DNA of 64,000 nucleotides from Desulfomicrobium sp. (lineage in GTDB: Bacteria > Desulfobacterota > Desulfovibrionia > Desulfovibrionales > Desulfomicrobiaceae), in assembly GCA_040768745.1 (NCBI GenBank), contig JAXGMI010000002.1, forward strand, positions 800,001-864,000. The letters run 5' to 3'. Made by a program: the position numbers and the translations under genes. Position 1 is the stretch's first letter. The number at the start of each line of letters is the position of its first letter. The notes under the pieces were generated by a model. That model had not been told where the DNA came from. It saw only the letters and a list, made by a program, of their open reading frames with translations, and did not search any database. This document shows, piece by piece, positions 29,140-39,122 of the stretch.

Positions 29140-29263
29140 TGCGAATCTCGGGCTCTGTGCTGGGACGGCTGCAAACGGTTGCGGCCGACGCACCGGATTT
29201 GTCCCGTCCCGCATCGAACACGGAAGGCTTTTGCCCTCGCAAGGGCAAAGGGCGTTTCGCCCG

Positions 29264-30838
29264 TCAGAACGGAAAATCCGCAGTCGCATCGATTTTTGTT
29301 TCTGCCGTGGCCGGTTTCGGCTTCCTGGCCCGCTTGTGCACCGGGTTCCCATCAACGCAGATCGCCTTGAACGGTTTCGTGGGGCAGGCGTGTTCGCAGG
29401 CCCCGCAACCGATGCAGTAGTCCGGGTCGACTGCGGGGATGACCAGCTTGCGGTTCAGAGGATTGGGGTACGGGACCATCTGCACGGCCTTGGTGGGACA
29501 GTGCTCGGAACAGGCGCCGCAATTCGTGCTGTCCGTGAAAACCACGCAATTCGCCTTGATGAACCTGGCCACGCCCAGCTGCGTGAGCTTCTTCTCCTCC
29601 TTTGCCAGAGGCAGGATGGCCCCGGTGGGGCACACTTCCGAGCAGAGCGTGCATTCGTAATTGCAGTGGGCCGCCCGGAAGTTCAGGCGAGGTTGGAGCA
29701 TGCCGGAGGGGCCGAACTCGAGCAGCGAGGGACTGAGCACCCGTGAGGGGCAGACGCTGACGCACAGGTGGCAGGCCGTACAGACCACGGTGAAACGGTC
29801 AATGCTGACGGACCCTGGCGGCGAGACAGGGCCCGTCACGGCCTCGGGCACGGTTGTCGGCTTGCTCTGCAGGACCGTTGCATTCGTTTCGGCCAGCCCC
29901 GCCAACCCCAGCAGGGACACGCCCGAATGCACGAGAAAGGCCCTCCTCCCGCGATCCAGCTGCTCGGCGGCCACACGCCGCCACCCGTTCTCGAAGCGCA
30001 CCGCCCCTTCCGGACAGGCCGCCAGGCAGTTGCAGCATCCGACACAACGGCTGGAGTCCACCGCCATGTTCCGGAGGTCGATGCACCCGGCCTTGCAAAC
30101 GCGTTCACACCGCTTGCACTGCGTGCAGGCGTTCGGGTCAATGCCGACCCGCAGCCATGAAATGCGCGCCACGAGGCCCAGCAGCGTGCCCACCGGGCAG
30201 ACCGTGTTGCAGTACAGACGGCCCCGCGTGGCGGCGAGCCAACCTACAAACCCGAGGGTCGCCGCGGCGACCCCGACGGCCACCGGCGTCAGGACCGCCC
30301 ATTGTTTGCGGGACAGCTCGTAGACGCCGAACTGCTCCAGCATCGCTGCCGCGATGTTGTTGATTACGACAACTGCCGGGCGGACAAGATCGACCAGGAT
30401 GCGACCGCACGCGCTGAAGGGGTCGAGCAGGTTCAGCAGCAGACCGCTGCCGGCCATCAGCAGGAGGATCGCAGCCGTGGCAATGCAGTACCTGAGCCAC
30501 CTGTCCGGCCTGGCAAAGCGGAACCCGGGCCTTTTGCGCCTCCGGCGGGCCGCGAAGGCAATCACGTCCTGGAGTGTCCCGAGGGGGCAGACGGTGGAGC
30601 AGTAGATGCGCCCAAAAAGGGCGGCGGACATGACCACGACAAGACAGCCCGCCGCTCCAAAGGCCGCACCGTGCAGGAACTGCAGCAGCGAGGGGATGAA
30701 CTGCGGGTACAGCAGGCCCCTGGTGAACGATGTCGGGATCATGTTCCCGAAATCGAGAAAGACCAGGGCGATCAGCCCGAAGAACACGACGGACACCCCG
30801 ATGCGCAGCCGTTTCAGATACCGGAGCATCAAACTCAC
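29264..30838 (-). CDS. membrane polyferredoxin (NapH/MauN-like fused to NapG-like domain)
   Basis: GRIYCSTVCPLG, GRLYCNTVCPVG, several CxxCxxCxxxCP motifs, internal RRAFL. Confidence 0.88.
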   Translation of the reverse strand: MSLMLRYLKRLRIGVSVVFFGLIALVFLDFGNMIPTSFTRGLLYPQFIPSLLQFLHGAAFGAAGCLVVVMSAALFGRIYCSTVCPLGTLQDVIAFAARRRRKRPGFRFARPDRWLRYCIATAAILLLMAGSGLLLNLLDPFSACGRILVDLVRPAVVVINNIAAAMLEQFGVYELSRKQWAVLTPVAVGVAAATLGFVGWLAATRGRLYCNTVCPVGTLLGLVARISWLRVGIDPNACTQCKRCERVCKAGCIDLRNMAVDSSRCVGCCNCLAACPEGAVRFENGWRRVAAEQLDRGRRAFLVHSGVSLLGLAGLAETNATVLQSKPTTVPEAVTGPVSPPGSVSIDRFTVVCTACHLCVSVCPSRVLSPSLLEFGPSGMLQPRLNFRAAHCNYECTLCSEVCPTGAILPLAKEEKKLTQLGVARFIKANCVVFTDSTNCGACSEHCPTKAVQMVPYPNPLNRKLVIPAVDPDYCIGCGACEHACPTKPFKAICVDGNPVHKRARKPKPATAETKIDATADFPF

Positions 30839-31755
30839 AGCCTGATGCGGTTGATGGACAGACCGCTCAGATCCATGCGCCCCAGATTCATCTCAGACGC
30901 AAGCTGGATGTGGCGGATGTCGGCCGGCTCCACGCCGAAGAGCTTTGCCGCGGCAGCGTCGGCCGCCACCGGATCCGTGGAGACGATGAGCGATTGCATC
31001 AGGACGATGTCTCCGACGGACAGACCGCGGGGACCATTCTGCTTCATCACGTTGTAGGCGTCCACCACGGTCAGCGCAGGCCTGCGGAAGGTCATGAAAT
31101 CCGCGATGCACTGGTGCAGGTCGTTGCGGTGCCAGTACCCCCGGTCCCAGACCACACCCATGAGGTTCTTCATGCCGATGGTGAGCATCGTCGAGCTGTG
31201 GTGCTTCAGGACCGGAACATTGATGACCACGTCCGCCTCCAGGAACAGCTCGTGGACCTTGACTTCGCCCAGACGCCTCCCGCCCGGCACGGAAACCCGC
31301 TGGTAGTATCCCTCGCTGTCCCCCGACACGATCTTCCCGCCGGCGCTCCGGACCGCCATCTCGATGCCGCTGTTCCTGTAGCACTGCATCCACGGGTCGC
31401 AGGCATGGTCGAACACGGACACTTCCCGGGCTTCGGCACCCAGGCAATGCTCGATGATGCGGCCCACGAGCTTCGGGTTCGTGTTTCCGGCGCGATCCGG
31501 CGTCACGTCCCAGCCGATGTTCGGCTTGACCAGCACCCTGCTCCCTTTGGGCACGAAGGTCTGCATCCCGCCAAGGGAGGCCATGGCCTGGTCGAACATG
31601 ACCTCCGGCTCCCCGCCCCGCACGGCCACGAGGTCGTATGCCGGGGCTGGCTGGCCAGTGGCGGCCAGGAGGGGTGCATAGTTTCCGAGAGCCACCGCCG
31701 AACCGGCGACGACGGTCCCCTTGACCACGTTCTTCAGGAAATGACGACGATTCAT
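30835..31755 (-). CDS. DUF362 protein with Tat signal
   Basis: MNRRHFLK; VLVKPN, NTNP, INVPVLKHH, GMKNLMG. Confidence 0.88.
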   Translation of the reverse strand: MNRRHFLKNVVKGTVVAGSAVALGNYAPLLAATGQPAPAYDLVAVRGGEPEVMFDQAMASLGGMQTFVPKGSRVLVKPNIGWDVTPDRAGNTNPKLVGRIIEHCLGAEAREVSVFDHACDPWMQCYRNSGIEMAVRSAGGKIVSGDSEGYYQRVSVPGGRRLGEVKVHELFLEADVVINVPVLKHHSSTMLTIGMKNLMGVVWDRGYWHRNDLHQCIADFMTFRRPALTVVDAYNVMKQNGPRGLSVGDIVLMQSLIVSTDPVAADAAAAKLFGVEPADIRHIQLASEMNLGRMDLSGLSINRIRL

Positions 31756-31857
31756 GCACGCCCTCGCTGGTTTTCCCGTTTCACGAACCTCAAAACGGCC
31801 TTCCACCCCTCCTCGGCGCCAAGACACGCGGGTGGCCGGAAAGAGACAGCCGTTGCG

Positions 31858-32835
31858 TCAGAGGATTTCCCTCACCGCCGCGATCAGCTGATCCTCTCCT
31901 GGGATGTAAAAACGCTCCAGGGGTGGGCTGGCGGGCACCGGGATGTCCGGACCTGTCACCCGGCGCAGCGGCGCCTTGAGGCTTGCGAATCCCTCCTCCA
32001 TGACCACGGCAGCCACTTCCCCGGCAAACCCCCCGGTGCGCGTGGCCTCGTGCAGCACCACCAAACGGCCCGTCTTCCGCACCGAGTGGAGAATGGCGTC
32101 CTTGTCCAGGGGAACCAGGCTGCGCAGGTCCACAACCTCCAGCTCGATGCCTTCCTCCGCCAATCGCTGAGCGGCGTTCAGCGCCACACCCAGCATTTTG
32201 GACCACGTCACCACAGTCACATCCCTGCCCGGACGCTTGACGTCAGCCTTCCCAATAGGAACCAGGTAGTCCCCCTCGGGAACCGGCCCGGGAACGAAGT
32301 AGAGCATCATGTCCTCGATGAAGACAACCGGGTTCGGATCCCTGATGGCGGACTTCAGGAGTCCTTTGGCGTCGGCCGGGGTGGAGGGCATGACCACTTT
32401 CAGCCCCGGGCAGTGGGCAACCCATGCCTCCAGGTTGTGGGAATGCTGGCAACCCGCCCCGAAGCCTGCCCCGGACTTGATGCGCACCACCAGGGGGAAG
32501 GAGGACTTGCCGCCCGAAAGGTAGCGCAGCTTGGCGGCATGGTTGACGATCATGTCCGAAGCCAGGGTGAAGAACGGGTTGAACATGATTTCGATGACCG
32601 GCCTGAGGCCTGCTTCTGCAGCCCCCACGGCCAGGCCTGCAATGGCCGCTTCGGAAACCGGCGTGTCCCTGACCCGTCCGGGGCCGAACTCGTTCAGCAG
32701 CCCGAATGTGGGGAGCATGGGGCTCTCGTGTATGCCCACACCGATGCCTTCCCCGGCAATGAAGACATTGGCATCCAAGATCATTTCTTCCCTCAAGGCC
32801 TGGTTCACGGCCTGGCCCATTCCTAGTTTCTGCAT
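31858..32835 (-). CDS. 2-oxoacid/acetoin dehydrogenase E1 beta subunit
   Basis: DTPVSE, GLRPVIEIMF, QHSH, DAKGLL, DLRSLVPLD. Confidence 0.92.
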   Translation of the reverse strand: MQKLGMGQAVNQALREEMILDANVFIAGEGIGVGIHESPMLPTFGLLNEFGPGRVRDTPVSEAAIAGLAVGAAEAGLRPVIEIMFNPFFTLASDMIVNHAAKLRYLSGGKSSFPLVVRIKSGAGFGAGCQHSHNLEAWVAHCPGLKVVMPSTPADAKGLLKSAIRDPNPVVFIEDMMLYFVPGPVPEGDYLVPIGKADVKRPGRDVTVVTWSKMLGVALNAAQRLAEEGIELEVVDLRSLVPLDKDAILHSVRKTGRLVVLHEATRTGGFAGEVAAVVMEEGFASLKAPLRRVTGPDIPVPASPPLERFYIPGEDQLIAAVREIL

Positions 32836-32868
32836 GGACTCGCTCCTTACATGGTGAAATCTATTGCT

Positions 32869-33831
32869 TCAGGCGTAGACATCCTCGAGGGCCTCGTGGG
32901 GCTCGGGGTACGGGCTGTCCTCGGCGAAACGGATGGCTTCCTCTACGATGGCATCAATCTCCGCCTCCATCCGCCGCAGTTCGTCCCCGCTGATGAGGTT
33001 CCCGGCGAGCATCTCTCCGCGCAGTTTCGGAATGGGACACGTGGCCTGCCACAACTCGATCTCCTCCCGGGGCTGGTAGAGCTGGAGGTCTTGCTCGCCA
33101 TGGCCCCGCCAGCGATACGTCTTGTACTCGATGAGGGTCGGGCCCTTTCCGGCCAGGGCGCGGGTCCTGGCCTCCGCTGCAGAGGCATAGACGGCCAAGG
33201 CGTCGTTGCCGTCGACCACGACCCCAGGCATGGCATACCCGGCAGCCCTGTCCGCAATGTTTTTCGCCTTGGTGTGCTGCTCATAGCGCTGCGCGCCTGC
33301 GTACAGGTTGTTCTCGCACACGAAGAGCACCGGAAGATCCCAGACGCTGGCGAGATTGAGGGCCTCGTGGAAGGACCCCTCGTTCGTTGCCCCGTCCCCG
33401 ATGAAACAGACCGTGACGCTCTTCTCCTGCCTGTATTGCTGGGCAAAGGCCCTGCCCACGGCGATAGGCGGGCCGCCGCCCACCACCGTCGTGGTGCACG
33501 GGGCGTTGATCTCGGGGACGGCCAGATGCAACGTCCCGCTCTTGCCCCTGTTGCACCCTGTTTTCTTGCAGAAGATTTCAGCCATGAGCGATTTTGGATC
33601 CGCCCCCTTGGCCAGCAGATGGCTGTGGCTGCGGTGGTTGGTGATGATCACGTCCGCCGGCTGCAGGGCTGCGCACACGCCTGCCCCCACCGCCTCCTGC
33701 CCGGTACACAGGATCATCATGCCCGGGATCTTGCCCTTGATCTTGCAAAGTTCCGTGAGGGACTCCTCAAACCTGCGGGAAAGCAGCATTGACCTGAGCA
33801 TTTCCAGTTTCTTCTCTCTGGATACAAGCAT
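32869..33831 (-). CDS. TPP-dependent dehydrogenase E1 alpha subunit (AcoA/PdhA-like)
   Basis: GQEA, NHRSH, GDGATNEG...ENN TPP motif, TYRWRGH. Confidence 0.92.
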   Translation of the reverse strand: MLVSREKKLEMLRSMLLSRRFEESLTELCKIKGKIPGMMILCTGQEAVGAGVCAALQPADVIITNHRSHSHLLAKGADPKSLMAEIFCKKTGCNRGKSGTLHLAVPEINAPCTTTVVGGGPPIAVGRAFAQQYRQEKSVTVCFIGDGATNEGSFHEALNLASVWDLPVLFVCENNLYAGAQRYEQHTKAKNIADRAAGYAMPGVVVDGNDALAVYASAAEARTRALAGKGPTLIEYKTYRWRGHGEQDLQLYQPREEIELWQATCPIPKLRGEMLAGNLISGDELRRMEAEIDAIVEEAIRFAEDSPYPEPHEALEDVYA

Positions 33832-34319
33832 GGGTACTCCTCTTTTCCGGATCAGATCCAATTGAAGTGTATGATAGCCCGGCAGCCAGCCACGGCCCTG
33901 AACATCTCGGGTTCTCGAGGGGAAAACCTGCTTCCCCATGGCTATTGCACCCGAGGATGACAAAAAAATGCCCGAAAATCCACAGTTCGCCGCACAAGGA
34001 ATGCGCCCGAAATCCTGGACTGGAGTTTGGACGGGATGACAGACAGTATGATATGCATCGAGTCAGGCCTGTGAAGGGATTTCCGGGACATCCCGCCGGA
34101 GTCAGAAAAAATTTCTCATCCGATGATGTTCATGCCATGGTCAAGGCCGGGGAGATCACCTCCCGGAGCCAAGGCTGGACAGGATGGAAAAATTGGGTTT
34201 GATTCTTGCTAAGCTGAAAACATCCGCTGGTTTTCCTGCGGGGAAACCCCGGAACCCTGAACCGTTTCCGCAGGACGCCGGCTTTGATGGCAGACGCGAC
34301 CGCCAATGAGGAACAGACA

Positions 34320-35258
34320 ATGAAAAAAATGCTCGTTTCGATCCTGATATCGTCATTTCTCATCCTGCCAACCTCGTTGCCTGCCGGCGTGAATGTCAGT
34401 GTAGGCATTGCGCTGCCCCCCCTGATCGTCTTTGCGGGACCTCCAGCAGTCGTAGTTATTCCAGGTACATATGTTTATGCCATTCCAGATGTCGAGGCTG
34501 AAATATTTTTCCATGTCGGATGGTGGTGGCGTTTCTGGGATGGCCGATGGTATCGGTCCCGCTATTACGACCGGGATTGGCTTTACTTCAGATATGTACC
34601 CAGGTTTTATTATGAAATAGATCCGGGTTGGAGGGAGTATTACACCCACCGCCATTGGCACGGACACCCATGGCAGTATGAAAGGATTCCAGTGCATCGC
34701 GTTCAGCAAAACTGGAACACCTGGCAGAAGAACCGGTATTGGGAAAAACAGAAGAACTGGGGGGTCCAGAATTTCCAGCCCCGACCCTACAGCCAGCCCC
34801 CCGACGCGGGGCCCCGCAGGCAGGAGCAGTACCAGGACCGCAGGGACTCCCAACGCATGCAGCCCCAGCGCGAACAGCGCCAGCGCGAACAACGGGAGCA
34901 GCGGCCCCAGAGACTGGAGCAGTACCAGGACCGCGGGGACTCCCAGCGCGAACAGCGCCAGCGCGAACAACGGGAGCAGCGGCCCCAGAGACTGGAGCAG
35001 TACCAGGACCGCGGGGACTCCCAACGCATGCAGCGCCAGCGCGAACAACGGGAGCAGCGGCCCCAGAGGTACCTGCAGAACAGGGAAACCCGCGGTTCAG
35101 GACCGCAACAGCTCAGCCAGGGGGAGCTCCAGAATCAAAGGTCGCAATTTTCACTTCCTGAGAGAAACGACCGACCTCGCCACGTTCAGAGCGGGGGACA
35201 GTACCATGGGCGTCATGCTGAGCCGCGGGAACAGCGTCGCCATGGAAAATCACTTTGA
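34320..35258 (+). CDS. exported Trp/Tyr-rich protein with Gln/Arg/Glu repeat tail
   Basis: Signal peptide, GVNVSVGIALPP, GWWWRFWDGRWYRS, low-complexity tail. Confidence 0.75.
   Translation: MKKMLVSILISSFLILPTSLPAGVNVSVGIALPPLIVFAGPPAVVVIPGTYVYAIPDVEAEIFFHVGWWWRFWDGRWYRSRYYDRDWLYFRYVPRFYYEIDPGWREYYTHRHWHGHPWQYERIPVHRVQQNWNTWQKNRYWEKQKNWGVQNFQPRPYSQPPDAGPRRQEQYQDRRDSQRMQPQREQRQREQREQRPQRLEQYQDRGDSQREQRQREQREQRPQRLEQYQDRGDSQRMQRQREQREQRPQRYLQNRETRGSGPQQLSQGELQNQRSQFSLPERNDRPRHVQSGGQYHGRHAEPREQRRHGKSL
34823..35068 (+). repeat. in-frame tandem repeat, 3 units
   Basis: Units start at 34823, 34916 and 34994 (93- and 78-bp periods), encoding EQYQDR.DSQR...QREQREQRPQR. Confidence 0.9.
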
Positions 35259-35288
35259 TCAGCCAGTGTTGATCCAATACCCGCACAC

Positions 35289-36038
35289 CTACGGTTTCTT
35301 GAATCCGTACCGGGCCAAAATGGCCTGGCCTTCAGCGCCCTTGACGAAGTCAATGAAGGCCTGCCCCGTGCCCTTGCTCTTGGAGGTTTGCAACAGGGCG
35401 ATGGGGTAGCTGATGGTCTTGTGGCCTCGGATCTCGGCTGCGACCTTGACCTTGTCGGTGCGCAAGGCCGCGTCCGTGGCGTAGACGAAACCGGCCTGGA
35501 CCTCGCCGCGGGCCACGTAATCCAGGGCCTGGCGCACGCTTTCGGCCAGCACGAACTTCGGGGTCAGGGCATCGTAGAGCCCGGCCGCGGTCAGGGCGCC
35601 CTTGGTGTAGCGGCCCACGGGCACGGACTCTGGGTTGCCGATGGCGATGAGCTTGAACGCGTTGCCCTGCAGGTCCTTGGGGTCGGCCACGGCCTGGCCG
35701 CCCTCGGCCGGTACGATGAGTACCAGGGCGTTGCCGGCGAAATTGGCGCGGGTGGGGGCGTCGATCAGCGCCGCGGCCTTGTCCATGGTCTCCTGGTCGG
35801 CCGAGGCAAAGACGTCCACCGGCGCGCCCTGCTCCATCTGCTTCAGCAGGGCACCCGAAGCGGCGAAATTAAAGACCACTGTCGTGCCTGGATGGGCTTT
35901 CTCGAAGGGCGCCTTCATCTCCTCGAAGGCGTTGGTCAGGCTGGCTGCGGCAGAAATGACGAGGTCGGCGGCCATGGCCGGCGTGAAAACGAGGACAAGG
36001 CATAGGGACAACATTGCGTGAACGATTCGTGGATGCAT
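35289..36038 (-). CDS. modA: molybdate ABC transporter substrate-binding protein
   Basis: SAAASL, FAASGAL, DVFASA, VPVGRY, GFVYATDA. Confidence 0.95.
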   Translation of the reverse strand: MHPRIVHAMLSLCLVLVFTPAMAADLVISAAASLTNAFEEMKAPFEKAHPGTTVVFNFAASGALLKQMEQGAPVDVFASADQETMDKAAALIDAPTRANFAGNALVLIVPAEGGQAVADPKDLQGNAFKLIAIGNPESVPVGRYTKGALTAAGLYDALTPKFVLAESVRQALDYVARGEVQAGFVYATDAALRTDKVKVAAEIRGHKTISYPIALLQTSKSKGTGQAFIDFVKGAEGQAILARYGFKKP

Positions 36039-36103
36039 GATAACTCCTTTTGCAAGCTGTGATGATTTCCCTCTGGCTTTATGTGCCTCTGTTTGGCAAC
36101 CTG

Positions 36104-36129
36104 GTCACGTTTGCGGATCAAAGCGTGAC
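36104..36129. promoter_or_regulatory. putative TunR operator (modA/tunR)
   Basis: GTCACG-N14-CGTGAC palindrome; the same motif lies upstream of modB. Confidence 0.8.
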
Positions 36130-36182
36130 AATGTTGATCAAGGACCGATATGTCGTGCATTGTTGTAAAACAGGGGGAATGC

Positions 36183-37352
36183 ATGGAGGGTAACAGAACA
36201 TCGTCATTGAGAGATCTGCACAAATTGGATCATCTCGATCCGGATGCATTGGTCAGTCTGGCGGCTGCTGCCCAGGAGGAGATCCGCCGAAGAGGCCTGG
36301 ACAGATCGATCCCAGGGGGCGTCCGGGCTCCCAAGACCATGCGGATGTTTCAGGTTCCCCAATCGGTCAAGTATCTGACTCCGCTTCAGATCGAAACACT
36401 GACCGGAGCTTTTCGGCATTGGCGACAGGGAGCCCGCGACGAGCGCACCCGACAGGCGCGTACACGCATGTGGCTTCTTTTCCTGCTGCTTCGCTTCACC
36501 GGCATGCGCCTGGGCGAGGTTCTGGAACTGGATGACCGGGCCGACTTCGATCTGGCAAGACAAGTGGTCCGCGTCGGCGGCGAGGCCCCCCGCGAGGTTC
36601 CCCTTCCGGCGGAAGTTGTGGACAGCCTGCGCATGTTCTTCGACGCGCCCATGAGCATGGAACTGCGCGGCCATGTCTTCCGCCTGGATCAGGGCTATGT
36701 GCGGCGCAAATTTTCCGAGCTCGGCAAATCCACGAACATTCCCAGAGAACTCCTGAACCCCCGGGTTCTGAGGCATTCGCGGGCAATCGAGCTGCTGCGC
36801 GCCGGAGTACCGCTGGTCGTCGTGGATGTCATGCTCGGACAGCAGAGCCCGCCATCCCAGTACGTCAGTTTTTCCGATGCCGACACCCGGCGTATCATGG
36901 ACTACTACATTTACCAGGAGAGAAAGATGAAGACGTCAGCGCGTAACATGTTTGTCGGACAGATCAGTGCCATCCGTGAAGGGGGGATCCTTGCCGAGGT
37001 GGAAGTAACGACGGCCACTGGCCTCAAGGTTGTGTCCGTCATCACCAAGGAAAGTTTCCAGAACCTGGGGTTAGCCATGGGGATGACCGTCTTCGCCACG
37101 GTCAAGGCGCCCTGGGTCGTACTGGTCAAGGAGGATTCCATGTTCAAGACCAGCGCGCGCAACAAATTCTGCGGCAGGATCTCGGCCGTCAACGCCGATC
37201 AGATCGCGGCCGAGGTGGTGGTGGACTTGGCCGACGGCACCAAGGTCACTTCCCTCATCACCGACGAGTCCGCAAAAAAGCTGAACCTCAAGGTCGGCGA
37301 CGAGATCTGCGCCATGGTCAAGGCCTTCTCCGTTATCCTGGCTTTGGAATGA
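36183..37352 (+). CDS. tunR: TunR-family regulator (tyrosine-recombinase-like domain plus two TOBE/Mop domains)
   Basis: FTGMRLGE...LRHS recombinase fold followed by two TSARN Mop repeats; between modA and modBC. Alternative start 36150. Confidence 0.88.
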   Translation: MEGNRTSSLRDLHKLDHLDPDALVSLAAAAQEEIRRRGLDRSIPGGVRAPKTMRMFQVPQSVKYLTPLQIETLTGAFRHWRQGARDERTRQARTRMWLLFLLLRFTGMRLGEVLELDDRADFDLARQVVRVGGEAPREVPLPAEVVDSLRMFFDAPMSMELRGHVFRLDQGYVRRKFSELGKSTNIPRELLNPRVLRHSRAIELLRAGVPLVVVDVMLGQQSPPSQYVSFSDADTRRIMDYYIYQERKMKTSARNMFVGQISAIREGGILAEVEVTTATGLKVVSVITKESFQNLGLAMGMTVFATVKAPWVVLVKEDSMFKTSARNKFCGRISAVNADQIAAEVVVDLADGTKVTSLITDESAKKLNLKVGDEICAMVKAFSVILALE

Positions 37353-37369
37353 CCTCCCCCACTGCTATG

Positions 37370-37410
37370 GCAAAAGAGCCCGGTGCGGATTCGCCCCGGG
37401 CTCTTTTGTT
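37370..37410. terminator. bidirectional terminator between tunR and modC
   Basis: caaaagagcccgg...ccgggctcttttg. Confidence 0.75.
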
Positions 37411-37455
37411 GCTTTTTTCCATGGCGGCATGAAGGGGGCAGAAAACACTCGGGCC

Positions 37456-38274
37456 CTATTGCTGGGCGGCCTGGAAGAGTGGGTCGAGGATCTGACGGGC
37501 GGATTCCCTGCGGCGTCGCGCCTCGTAGTCAATGACGTCCAGCACCCGGCCGTGGCCGAAGGCCACCAGGGTCTGAGCGAAGTGATCGACGTCTTCGAGG
37601 TTGTGGCTGACCATGACCAGGGGCAAGTCGAAGCGCTGCAGGATGGCGAAAAGCTCGACACGCATGCGCTCGCGCAAAGGATGGTCTAGCGCCGTGAAGG
37701 GCTCGTCCAGGAGCAGGAGGTCCGGCTCCGTGGCCAAGGCCCTGGCCAGGGCTGTGCGCTGGCGTTGGCCGCCGGAGATCTGGTCCGGCCGCTGCCCGGC
37801 TAGGTCAGTCAGGCCGCACAGCTCCAGCAGTTCATCGACGCGTTGCCTGCGGGCGCTCCTGAGGGGACCGAAAACAGGTTTCAGCCCGAAGGCCACGTTG
37901 TCCCGTACGGTCAAATGCGGAAAGAGGGCATAATCCTGGAAAAGCATGCCAATCTTGCGCTTGCGGGCCGGAATGTTCACCCCGGAAGCGGCGTCAAAGA
38001 AGGTTCTGCCCCGGACCTCGATACGTCCCAAATTGGGCTTGAGAAGGCCGGCCAGGGCCAGGAGTGTCAGGCTCTTGCCTGAGCCCGATGGGCCGAAGAG
38101 AGCGATGCGCTTGCCGGGTGCCTTGAAGCGAGCCAGCAGGCGGAACTCGGCCCCCGGGGCCGTGACGCGAGCATCGATGTCGCAGATGATGGTCGGGGCC
38201 GAAGGCGTCGGGTCCATCCGTACGCGCATGCCCTCCTCGGAAGAGGTACTGGAGCTGTGGCTGATGTCGAACAT
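37456..38274 (-). CDS. modC: molybdate ABC transporter ATPase (start uncertain)
   Basis: GPSGSGKS, FQDYALFPH, ISGGQRQR, LLLLDEPF. Confidence 0.9.
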   Translation of the reverse strand: MFDISHSSSTSSEEGMRVRMDPTPSAPTIICDIDARVTAPGAEFRLLARFKAPGKRIALFGPSGSGKSLTLLALAGLLKPNLGRIEVRGRTFFDAASGVNIPARKRKIGMLFQDYALFPHLTVRDNVAFGLKPVFGPLRSARRQRVDELLELCGLTDLAGQRPDQISGGQRQRTALARALATEPDLLLLDEPFTALDHPLRERMRVELFAILQRFDLPLVMVSHNLEDVDHFAQTLVAFGHGRVLDVIDYEARRRRESARQILDPLFQAAQQ

Positions 38275-38276
38275 GG

Positions 38277-38948
38277 TCAGGCCTGCCACCTGGGTGTCAG
38301 GAGGCGCCCCGAGACCCAGAGGATGAGGGTGCACAGCACCGAGATGAGGAGGACGAGCTGCGCTGCCAGGCTGTCCTGGCCGGCTTGCGTCGTGCTGTAC
38401 ACGGCCAGGGACAACGTCTGCGTCCGGCCTGGAAGATTGCCGGCGATCATCAGCGTGGCTCCGAATTCGCCCATGGCCCGGGCAAAGGCCAGCATGGTCC
38501 CCGCCAGAATCCCCCGTCCGGCCAGCGGCAGGCAGACGCGCAGGAATACGCGCCATTCTGGATAACCCATGGTCCTGGCCGCGTCTTCGAACTTGCGTTC
38601 GACACCGTCCAGTGCGGCACGGGCGGACTTGAAGACGAGAGGGAAAGAGACCACAGCGGCAGCGATGACGGCTCCCTGCCAGGTGAAGATAAGCGTCACC
38701 CCGAAGTTCTCCTGCAACCACCGCCCCACGAATCCGTGCCGACCCAGCAGGACGATCAGGTAGTAGCCCAGGACCGTGGGCGGCAGGACCATGGGCAGGC
38801 TCAGGATGGAGTCGAACAAATCCTTGCCTGGAAAGCGATAGCGATGAAAAACCCAGCCCAGGAGGACCCCGAAGGTTAGGGAGGTCAGGGTGGCCAGGGT
38901 CGCCACGCGCAGGCTGAGCTGCACCGGGAAGAAAAAGCTCGTGTCCAT
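38277..38948 (-). CDS. modB: molybdate ABC transporter permease
   Basis: LPMVLPPTVLGY, EDAARTMG, FARAMGEFGAT. Confidence 0.95.
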   Translation of the reverse strand: MDTSFFFPVQLSLRVATLATLTSLTFGVLLGWVFHRYRFPGKDLFDSILSLPMVLPPTVLGYYLIVLLGRHGFVGRWLQENFGVTLIFTWQGAVIAAAVVSFPLVFKSARAALDGVERKFEDAARTMGYPEWRVFLRVCLPLAGRGILAGTMLAFARAMGEFGATLMIAGNLPGRTQTLSLAVYSTTQAGQDSLAAQLVLLISVLCTLILWVSGRLLTPRWQA

Positions 38949-39122
38949 CGGAGCTCCACGCACCGTACCAGGGGGATTAACGCTGTATTGGTCTTTGCCG
39001 TCTGCGCCCTTTCAAGGCCTTCAAGGCAGCTGCTGGCTGAGAGGCACGGCAAAAGTCATTCTTCTGGCCAACCGGTTCAATTTTTTTAAAACTAACTGCA
39101 GCGGGTACTTGGCGGCAAGGCA

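Noticed and set aside
34823..35068. Repeats here and at 55937-56248 as CRISPR arrays
   Set aside because: In-frame coding repeats with no unique spacers and no cas genes
36183..37352. Integrase-like gene as the island integrase
   Set aside because: Fused to Mop domains, catalytic His positions altered, located within the mod genes; fits TunR
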